Under the pieces are notes generated by a model that was given only the letters and a program-made list of their open reading frames with translations, was not told where the DNA came from and searched no databases. Positions 1 through 9,092 of a DNA stretch of 11,635 nt are shown here, piece by piece. How positions within the stretch are numbered: the first letter of the stretch is position 1; each line of letters begins with the position of its first letter. The translations under genes were made by a program, and so were the position numbers. This DNA is from Chlorokybus atmophyticus (lineage: Eukaryota > Plantae > Mesostigma and Chlorokybus algae): contig RHPI01000743.1 of the NCBI GenBank assembly GCA_009103225.1, positions 4,826 to 16,460 on the forward strand. Reading direction: 5' to 3'.

Positions 1-720
1 AGGAAGGGTGGGTATGTAGACCATGTGCTTAACTGGTTCCATTGCTGACTTGCTTTCGAGCCTTGAAGGTAACAGGGTGCACATCGGCAAGCGACGTTAA
101 CTCTAGATCTGTGATGTGTGATGCCAATTGCCATCTTGATTGTGCCTTCATGCACAGCAGCAAGTGGCACATACAATACATGTGATAAGGCATGTGCCCG
201 CACGCATGTAAGGACGCATGTGCGTATACGCTGATACGCAATACTTGCTGTAGTGCAAATTTTGTACCAATTTTCTGCGTACTAGTGTTATGTAGGTATA
301 GGTACGTATACAATGAGTTCATGAGAGTATGGCCACAACGTTAATGTTATGGGTATGTAATTGTGTCACATATGCATCGCGACGATGCCACATCAAGCAT
401 GCGAAGGTAGGAACGTGCCATCTACAGGCCGGCTCAGCTGGCAGGTTGGGTTGCAAGTATCATGCGTGGGGACACATATGGACAACAGACAATGTGACAC
501 TGCTTGCTGTACTTACCCCAAGTAATGGATTGCAGCAAGTGCTACCCGACACACATGGAAACGGAAATAGTCGGGGGAGGTGCGCGGGGCGGGGGGGGCC
601 ACCATAAAATTGTGTAGGCCTATTGCCATTCAAATGTCAGACTGAGGACCTCAGCCCCTCCCCCCCCCGCCTCTTCTTTCTGCATCTCCCCCGCCACTCA
701 CATCCATTCCTTGATTATTG

Positions 721-2386
721 TCAAAGTATGACATCAGGTCGCAACTGGCGAATAACTAGTGTCGTGTCGCCTACTGTTACAGTGCGTGTAGTTTGTACCC
801 GCGACATCACCAACACGATGCCCAGCGGTTGGAGGAGACGTCCGCCGCATGCTTCCAAGATGTATTTTACTGTGCGTAAACTTGTGCGCAACTGCCGTAT
901 GCCTGAATCCTCATCTGCGAGGGAGAACGTTCTTGTGACGGTCTGTCAACAACGCAGCACATTCCGCATTGTCATTGTACATACCTGAGGGACTTGATGT
1001 GGCTTCTCCCATGACCAACCAGTGCTTGTTATCATCAGCTAGAACACCTCCTGCTGCATCAACCTTGAGGAGGCCTGAGACGTTTGGGAGCAACCTCTCC
1101 AGCCGCGCTACTTGCCACATCACTGCATTTAGCGCAGCACCGTCCATACGAGCAACCGCTGCACATATACACAGTACGTGTGTGTAAGAATGGAGGAAGG
1201 CGCGGCATGGGGGAAAAATATACTTTCATGAATTCTCACCTTCCTGACCATGTCTGCAAGTAAAAACAAAGCGCTCCAAGGTTCTACGAACATCCGCATC
1301 AAGATGTTGCCCAACCAAGTCCTGCAGTCTTTCTGCAAGATTGGCAGCCTTCCGCATGCCCTGGAACTCTAATACGTGCTGAAGTTGGCGGTGTGTCTCC
1401 GCAACATCTACAAGATCCGGCAGGTCACAATGTGCATTGTCTCTTAACTCGGTGCCGATCCTTCTTGTTGCAGCCTTGACCGCCGAAGGTAGGAAAGTGC
1501 CAAAACTTTGACGAATCGCATCCTGAGGTATGAGTAATACATAATACGACCATGAAGTGGTTGATTGTGTTTATGCAGCTCGAACAAGTGAGGTAAGGCT
1601 ATAGAACGGCGAGTACAGGCTCATACTCCATGGTACTTACCACAGCAATCAGCTTCTTCACCAAAGCGCCTTTGTCAGATGGCATGCCCCAATCGCCGCC
1701 GTAGAACTGGAGAATAGCGTCAATATGAGAGAACTCTTGGCCAGAGGTGTACTTTCTTGAGTTGCTGCAGCGTATATTGGTGTACCTCCGCTTCACGTAC
1801 AAAACTTGTCAAGAGATTGGCTTCAGCCATAACTTCGATAACTTCAACCAATGATGATATGGACTCTTGGTCTTGTTGCTTGGTCTTGTTCCTATTAGCA
1901 ACTGCCTCCATCCTAAACTTAGTAAACTGCAACGGCAGGGGAAACAATTAGAGCCTTGCGCGAGGCTAGCTCAACCGCAGCAATGTGTACGTGCAACAGT
2001 AACAGACCTCTGGTGCCACTACTACAGGTCCGTAGTTCTGTGATTGGTTGACATAAACGTGCATGCTTATGTGACATAAGCATGCACGTTTATTAGTTGC
2101 AATATTACGGACACCACTGCGAGGGTGGGCTTCCAACAATCACTGCCCATGAAATGCAGCAACGCAGCATTCAAACCTACTACATGACTGCTTGACTTAC
2201 CCATTTTGGCTCCCTGTCGTCCTCCTTCTCCACGTCTCCACCATCAGATGAACAGCGTGGTGTAAGCTTATAGCTCCTCCTTTCAACTAAAGCGGGCGGT
2301 GCCGTAGGACCTCGCAACGCAGGCCTCCTCCCACTGCTGCTGAGAGTGGTGATTCTGCCCGTCACGCTCTGCATTACACGCCGCAT
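721..2386 (-). CDS. Six-exon gene for a 347-aa uncharacterised protein; transit-peptide-like N-terminus and possible C-terminal PD-(D/E)xK (restriction-endonuclease-like) fold
   Basis: Exons (minus): 2386-2201, 1926-1786, 1706-1641, 1522-1240, 1158-985, 914-721 (TGA 723-721). All five introns are GT-AG (donors gtaagt, gtacac, gtaagt, gtgaga, gtatgt; acceptors ttgcag, ctccag, cctcag, gtgcag, tcgcag). Phases match (0,0,0,1,1) and the joined 1044 nt has no internal stop. Translation: MRRVMQSVTGRITTLSSSGRRPALRGPTAPPALVERRSYKLTPRCSSDGGDVEKEDDREPKW/FTKFRMEAVANRNKTKQQDQESISSLVEVIEVMAEANLLTSFVREAE/FYGGDWGMPSDKGALVKKLIAV/DAIRQSFGTFLPSAVKAATRRIGTELRDNAHCDLPDLVDVAETHRQLQHVLEFQGMRKAANLAERLQDLVGQHLDADVRRTLERFVFTCRHGQE/AVARMDGAALNAVMWQVARLERLLPNVSGLLKVDAAGGVLADDNKHWLVMGEATSSPS/DEDSGIRQLRTSLRTVKYILEACGGRLLQPLGIVLVMSRVQTTRTVTVGDTTLVIRQLRPDVIL*. 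The start codon is uncertain and the function is inferred only. Confidence 0.8.
2053..2093. repeat. Perfect inverted repeat (20-bp arms, 1-nt spacer) inside intron 1 of the 721-2386 gene
   Basis: ataaacgtgcatgcttatgt (2053-2072) - g - acataagcatgcacgtttat (2074-2093); the arms are exact reverse complements. Confidence 0.97.
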
Positions 2387-3456
2387 GTTGGCAACCTGGA
2401 CACAGAGCAACTGAAAGGGTTAGTCAAGTTCTAGGTGGTTGTTGCACTGGCAAGAAGTAAAACCGGTAGCAGTAGAATGCTTCAACAGGAGTCCATGCAG
2501 CTCACAGCTGCTTACCCACACTGGACGGGTGCGCGCATGCGTGTAATGGTCAAGAGCAAAGGTTGTTGCGTCAAGTCAAGCTCCCACTCAGACCTTGCAC
2601 TCTGCAAGCCGCATGATAGGACGTGAGGGACGTTCACAGAGATAGATAGAGAGATTTGTATGTGACGATGCCACTCTAGTGTCTGGTCCGCATGGTGACA
2701 GCATTGCCTCAACGAGAGTGAACAACACCTGGAGAAGATAATTTGCTGGAGGAACACCCAGGTGTTAAATTATTAGCAGCTCAGACAAATGCATGGTGGG
2801 CAGATGGTGTAGTGCTGTCACTGGTAAGTCACTAGTGGTGACTGCTGGGTTGCACAACTGCAAAAGGAGCAGTACTCTGTTTACGTCATTGGGAGTGTGT
2901 AGACTGCATGCGACAACAAGGTGCTAACATAACAATGTAGCTGGCGTGGGATGCTTACCGAGCAGCACAAATTGGATTGCATGTGAGAGACGTATTGTCG
3001 CAACTGTGCGACCAACACATGGGCCAGCTTGACTGGTATCAAGTGTCACATGAACCATTTGAGTCACGCGGTTGTATGCGGACGTACGCGTTGACTGACG
3101 ATGTGTACAAGTTGTGGCGCAAGCATCTGCATCAAGGTGCAACGCTAGACACTGACCTCATGTCATAAGTATGCACAAAGAAGCCACCAAACAGCACTAT
3201 CACTTGTGAGAAGCTGCTGGCCGGAAGTAGTAGTTAGAAGGTATATGGTATAATGGTAGTAAACAATGTAGTGCTTAAGGAAGCACGCGAAGCATTTCAA
3301 CAGCACACAACGACTGGAACAACGCCAGTAGCTGGTTGCAAAGCATGGTCACAAGCCCAGAGAGACAGCGAGAGAGCGAGAGACAAAGACAGAGAAAGAG
3401 AGTGCGTTACCTACTACGCAGTCCTGCTGCCCCTTCGCCTGCCAATGCCAGCCGTT

Positions 3457-3477
3457 GCCGCCGCCGCCGCCGCCGCC
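3457..3477. repeat. (GCC)7 trinucleotide microsatellite
   Basis: Read directly from the sequence. Confidence 0.95.
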
Positions 3478-4521
3478 GACTAGGCCGTGTTTCGTCAGGC
3501 TGACATCAGCCGGCAGCCTTGTCTTTGTCGTTGGCGTTGTCCTGTTCCCTGGTCATGTCCCTCGGTGTGGTTCCGGCTGTGGTGGTTGCTGAAACGGGCA
3601 TGCACAACGACACTATGCTGGTTGCTGAGAAGTGAAGATGAATGCGCTGAATGGGGTTTTCGTGTGTATTGTGGCGTGATCTGTTTGTGTACGTACAACG
3701 CGGATCAGGGGTGCACATGCATTGCGAAGAATAACATTACACGCCAACCATCATCACTTCATGTTCACCATCGCGCTTTACAACTACTTCACTTTTTTAC
3801 TGTAATTGTAGCACGACCGCTGTACAAAAGATGCAAGAGGGAATTCGTGTGTGCATATGACAATTGAGCTGACTTACTAGGTGTCTCATCAGCGTGAGAC
3901 TTAGTACTGCATGCACCACACGCGCGCAAAGCATTGTTTGGGAACAGACAGTAAAGCAGTGAGATGTGTTCTTTGGAATTTTGAATCGGTCGTTGAACTT
4001 TGAGAACACAGAGTGCGCCACGGTGATTAGTTTGAATGTGATTATGCGCATACACGTTGCAGTGTCCAAATCAATGTGTACATCACACGCATGTCGCATT
4101 GGCGTAAGTAGACAAAACCTGAGCAATTTAATTGTAACGACAGCGGCAGTACTGACAACACCGACACAGAAACACCAGGAGTAAGTTGCACCAACCACTA
4201 CCATATGCCAGTAGTTGTATCCTATGCACATAGCAACTTCAATGCAGTGTTGCAACAACACACACTGCACATGTTGGCACACTCTTTACCCGAGAAGCAC
4301 AACCACAGGGTGTAGACAGACATTCACAACAAACACAGGCAGCTCATCTCATCACGTCAAAATTCACTCCACATTGACACTGTTTTAAACCGCACAACCT
4401 CTCTGTCTACGCGCGCACACATATCCATTCAGGGCGATACTGCATCACCCACCCACCCAACATATATCTACCTATCCCTTGCATAACCCACTACAATCCC
4501 TTACACCTCCAGCCCCCGCAC

Positions 4522-7500
4522 TCACGGCGTGGCCCTTGCCAATATATCCTCCACCAGCTCTTCCGTCAACTTCCCGCTCTTCTGAAACCCTCTCATATGC
4601 ACAATCGGCTCGCACCCTTTGTCCGCCACACTCCCTCCCTCCCCACCCTCCCCGACACTCCCATACACCTCCGGCACATATCCACTCAACATCCCTTCCC
4701 CGGGTGTCCCGATCCTCTCCACCACTTTGATCAAAGCCTCCAAAGTGTTCATCTTCATGTACGGGCAGGAGGCGCACCCTCCTTCTGACGAACAGCCCTC
4801 GCCGCCGGCTGGACCCGGGATGATGGATAAGCCCTGGAAGGAGAGTTGTGGGGATGTGGTGGCGGTTGTTGTGATGGAGTCTGAGTTGACGGGGAAGACG
4901 ATCTCTACTTGGATGGAGGGGGAGGAAGGGTGAGAGAGCTTGGCTTGCTGGAGGAGAGACTGCGGGGGAGAGAAGAGTAAGAGAGAGAACAATGTAGGGG
5001 TGAAGTGACGAGTGTTTACAAGACTGAGATTGATAGCCAGACACTCTGACTGTGTAACAAAATGCGTATCAAACAACTGTAATGTGAGATGCATGCAGGA
5101 AGGGCGATGCACGCATAGACGTGTGTCTATGTATGCATGCATCCCACACAGCACAACACACGACGACACACCCAACAACTCGATTCATGACGTGCAACAC
5201 GCGCAAGCGTGTTATCACAAAGGCGTCTCCAAGCACACCAACACACACCAACTCACAATCAACAACTCCCCATCATCCTCACCTGCACTCGTCTCACGAT
5301 GGCCGTGAGCATCCCCGACTCCGTCCCCAGCACGAACGTCAGCTTATCGTCAAAGTCCCTCTCCAGCGCGTCTTTGGTCTTCTCGGTGATGAAGTCGAGG
5401 ATGTTGCTCGTGCTGCCCACAACGCCCATACCGCGGGCGCGGGCCTCCATGGCCAGAGAAAACATCCCGCCGGGCACCTGTTGGGTACATAAGTTATTTT
5501 ATAGTAGCATGTGTGCGTGTACACACACACGCGCGAGCATATGCACCCACACGCGCACGCACGTGTGCGTGCGCGACTTTGGTGTGCGCGTATACACACA
5601 TATGCGCATGCATGCGTGCCTGTGCATGCGTGTGAGCGTATACACACGTGCGTGCACGCCTGCGCGCCTGTGCGCAAGAGAAGCATCCCTCTTACCTCAA
5701 AGTGGGCCGCTTGGTACGCATCTCCATAGGCGCTTCTCACCCTCTTGACCACCTCCTCACCAAACATGTCATGGACGATACACACGCCCTCCTTGTAGTA
5801 ATCATATCTCTCCAACGAGGACTTTAGCGATGTTGTGTCGTGACCCAACAAGTCATACTTCTCCCCCTCAACACCGCTCTCACTCGCCAGGCGCGTGAGG
5901 AGGTCCTTGATGTTGGCTCCCATGTAGGAGTCCGGGCCATACCACACGTGCAAGTTGGGTATTTGCTTGAAAGCCGTGAGTATGGTTTGCACCACATTGG
6001 AGGAGGTACACGTGATGGTGGGCATGATAGAGTGGGCGTGTGCTTTCGTATCGAGCGCGGTGTTGATATATACAACATGTAGATGCGGGCCAGATACGTT
6101 GTCTTTGGCATGCTGTAACCACTTGATGTAGTTGTTTGTGCGCGCGGCGTCGGCGAGGGAACACGCGATGACGTCGTTGGACATGCGGTACACCTTGATG
6201 TCGGCGTGGCCGGCGCGGTCGAGGATGGCGCGCACGTTCTCGGCCATGAAGTCCACGCCCAGGACGCAGATGGCCTGGCAGCCGCCCTCCTCAACCTGAG
6301 AAAGGGTGGACATGCGAGCAAGATGAGAGGTGTGCGTGTTGTGCAGGTGTGTGTACTTACATGTGACTGGGCTACATACACGCACTATCAACCACTCTTA
6401 GGCAAGTGCACACGCAGCACGCACGCACGCATGCATATGCAGGCGTGTGCACAGGGACCCATGCCACATATGTCAGCATGAGCATGCCTGCAGACGTGCT
6501 TGTGCGCCACATCTGCAAACATTAACTTGCTTGTGCGCGTGTTCATGCAAATGCGTGCGGTTCAATTACACGAGGACCAGAAGTTGTGAACGCAGTGTAT
6601 GCTTTACTACCTGTCACACAACCCACAAACTACACACACAAGTCTCCAGCACACACACACATGCACTACACACATCAGTCCAGCACAAATGCACACACAC
6701 ACACACACCACCTCAGCATACCATCCTGAGTGCTGAGTCCGCCATCACCAGCGAGTCCGAGACATGTATATGCGGATACACCTCCCTCGCGGAGGACAGC
6801 ACGCCCTGCACTTCGGGTCCCATGTAGAAGTGGGCCACCACACCCGTGCGCTTGGAGGCGAGGAGGGACGCCAGCTGCTGGACTTGGGCCGGGTCGGGAG
6901 AGAGATATCTTGACTGGGAGGAAGTGGTAAAGAGTGAGTAAATGTAGAACGTGATATGGTTATGAAGGCTTGAGTGCAATGTGTGTTTGAAGTTAGCATG
7001 TACGCAGACCACCCACATACACACAGGTGTTTTATATGACAAAAGTGGCCAAGCACGCAGCAAAAAGCCCAATTATGCAGCCTATAGGCAATGCGCTGTG
7101 TGTGCGAGCACACAGACACACACACACGCGAACACAAAAGCCCAGCTCACCTGTGCTTCCGCGAACTCTCCCACAGGGCTGAGCTTGTCCGCTTCTATAA
7201 CGAGGCTAGGGAACCTGGTACCCACATCGCCGCCGTCGCGGATGGCGCGCGCCTGACGGAGGATGGCGTCGGCGAGGGCGCGGGCGCCGCCGGAACGGGG
7301 GGAGGGGGAGAGGACCTGGTTGGACAGGAAGGGGGGTTGGTTGAGATGTGTATGCAAGTATCTGTGTGTACAAACACATATGCACGCATGCATGCGTATA
7401 CGCTATATTCGCGCGCGCACGTGTGACTGTGAGTATAGAGTGCCCGCGAACACGTACCACCCTACACCCAAGCGCACACACACGCACGCATGCACGCACG

Positions 7501-8791
7501 CACATGTCTGCAAGAGTACTATCAACATGCATGTGTCTACATATGTGTGACTCAATATGGACAGACATACGTACACGCGCGAACATATTACAGTCATCAC
7601 ACAACGGATTACAACTACTGAATTGTCCGCTTGTAGCTATGCCAAAAGGGTGTGCATACCTGCGGGGGGAGGGGGCCGAGGAGAGAGAGGAGTTCGGGGG
7701 CGGACATGGAGGCCACCTCTACTGGAGTGCGGCCTGTGAATGTGGAGCGAATTCATCAACAACCACATCAGATGAGGTCACATTGGTGACTCAACTGGAA
7801 CGTAGGAGACAATTGGTGTACATGTGATTGTTTGAACCAACAGCATCGTACCATACTCAGTGAGTGTGAGTCACGATTGTGTGTGTGATAGCTCACAGTT
7901 TGAGCACACGATGGTGTAGTTGTAATCAGTGGCGAACTATCTGACAGCGTGTTTTCTTTCATACAAATCAAGACACGACTACAATCACGTTTGAGACAAC
8001 TCCTGCTCACATCGCTTTGGGTGTGATGCGCACCAAGTCCACATAACTTGATAACCAACACGCAACACAGCTTTCCATGCCTACATGATACGCCTGTATC
8101 AAAGCAGCAGATATAGCAGATACAAGATCTTGCCAAGTCGCTGACATAATAAAAGGAAAGTTAACAAGGCGTTCTGGACAACGCCGTGCGCTGCAAGAGG
8201 TTCAATCAACCGAAACCAATGCTGTACAGCAGCAAACTGTGCACACAGAACAATTGCGCAAACTATTGACGCATACAAGCGTGTGCCACGCACAATCAAC
8301 TCAAAACCCTGTTTACCTTGGCATGCTTTGGAGAGCAGGGTTCCTACTCCTCGGATGATATCTGAGTCTGAGTCTGCCCTAACATCAATCCCTCCCGTAG
8401 CCCGGTCGACCGAGCACCTCACCCACGTCCTTGCGGCGCATCCCGCCACGCGCCACGCCTCCGCCCTCTCCTGGTCCGACCAGGCCGGGGTCGACCGTCC
8501 CAAGGCCACCACCTCCGCCACAGCCGCGGCAGCGTCCTTGGGGATCCTTGTACCCTCCTTGACCGTGGCTACAGACACAGTCGCCGCACGCCTGCTGCCG
8601 CCCCTCCCCGAGGACGACGCCACCGCCACAGCCGGCACCCTCTGCTGCGGCGGCGGCTTCGTCTTCCCTCCCACGCTAATCGACTTCTTCCTCTGCTTGG
8701 CCTCATCGGCAGCAATCCCGACAGACCTCCCTACCCACGTCCCCCTCACAGCCCCGCTCAACGCTGCCGTCTCCATCGCCGCCGCCGCCAT
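4522..8791 (-). CDS. QS: Quinolinate synthase, plant/algal plastid type (N-terminal SufE domain fused to NadA; QS/SufE3/OLD5-like), 712 aa, 7 exons
   Basis: Exons (minus): 8791-8317, 7733-7660, 7315-7151, 6913-6722, 6295-5696, 5477-5283, 4959-4522 (TGA). All introns are GT-AG with matching phases (1,0,0,0,0,0); total 2139 nt. SufE motifs: RVAGCAARTWV (Cys 8440-8438), ADSDSDIIRG, LSPSPRSGG. NadA motifs: GVVAHFYM-PEVQGVL, SDSLVMAD, LGVDFMAENVRAIL, IACSLADAA (Cys 6163-6161), VVYINT, TCTSSNVVQTIL, YGPDSYMGAN, GVCIVHDMF (Cys 5782-5780), AHFEVPG, GVVGSTSNILDF, FVLGTESGM, GGCASCPYMKMN (Cys 4767-4765), GCEPIVHMRGFQ. The Ala/Ser/Arg-rich first ~70 aa resemble a transit peptide. Confidence 0.97.
5505..5680. 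repeat. Alternating purine-pyrimidine low-complexity tract (CA/TG/CG/TA mix) filling most of QS intron 5
   Basis: Near-continuous RY alternation, including a perfect 38-nt run at 5582-5619. Similar tracts occur near 6410-6450, 6630-6710, 7375-7510, 9436-9580, 10366-10395 and 10880-10910. Confidence 0.9.
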
Positions 8792-9092
8792 CGCCGCCGT
8801 CGCTCCAGTCTGAGTCAAGACTTCAAGTGCGTACGCTGGACGCACGGCCAGAACGTGCGTGTGTGCTGGTACCGTACCAACTTGGACTCGACTCGACGCT
8901 CAGAGGCAGCCACGTCGCACGCGTCCCCTGCGGCTGCCACGTGCGAGTTGATCTGGCTCAGCTGGTTCAGTGAGCCAATGTGTGGATGAGGCGTTCTGAG
9001 GGCTGAGTGTCACCAGGCAAAAAATGATGATGTGAGCGGGTCATGCAGTGCGTTGTTGTTGCAGCATTGGGTGCTTGTGCTTGTTGTTGGTG
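8792..9092. promoter_or_regulatory. Putative divergent (bidirectional) promoter between QS and the METTL22-like relic
   Basis: 301 bp between the QS ATG (8791, minus) and the candidate METTL22-like ATG (9093, plus). It contains GCCACGTC (8909-8916), a G-box CACGTG (8938-8943) and CCAAT (8975-8979). The motifs are short and could be chance. Confidence 0.45.

Noticed and set aside
1599-1947. Apparent frameshifted transposon or pseudogene fragments
   Set aside because: The frame changes are fully explained by canonical introns; no transposase motif or terminal repeats were seen.
3506-3508. In-frame TGA as possible selenocysteine or readthrough in the upstream minus-strand frame
   Set aside because: No selenoprotein-like motif or SECIS evidence, and the frame itself is unconfirmed.
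3797-4282. 161-aa minus-strand ORF and the many Cys/His/Val-rich ORFs across the window
   Set aside because: Their composition is what TG/CA-rich non-coding DNA produces; no motifs or splice-consistent model.
4501-4505. TGTAA (chlorophyte polyadenylation signal) on the minus strand just after the QS stop
   Set aside because: A 5-mer only ~17 nt past the stop and common by chance; not diagnostic.
4472-5044. 190-aa minus-strand ORF and several plus-strand ORFs over the last QS exon
   Set aside because: Alternative-frame or antisense overlaps of a well-supported exon.
5339-6391. 350-aa ORF taken as a complete protein
   Set aside because: Only 6295-5696 is coding (QS exon 5); both ends are read-through into introns.
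8283-8813. 176-aa plus-strand ORF
   Set aside because: Antisense shadow of the GC-rich QS exon 1; no recognisable motifs.
8792-8845. Longer QS start used by the ORF track (8845)
   Set aside because: It is a GTG, a prokaryote-style start; the first in-frame ATG is at 8791.
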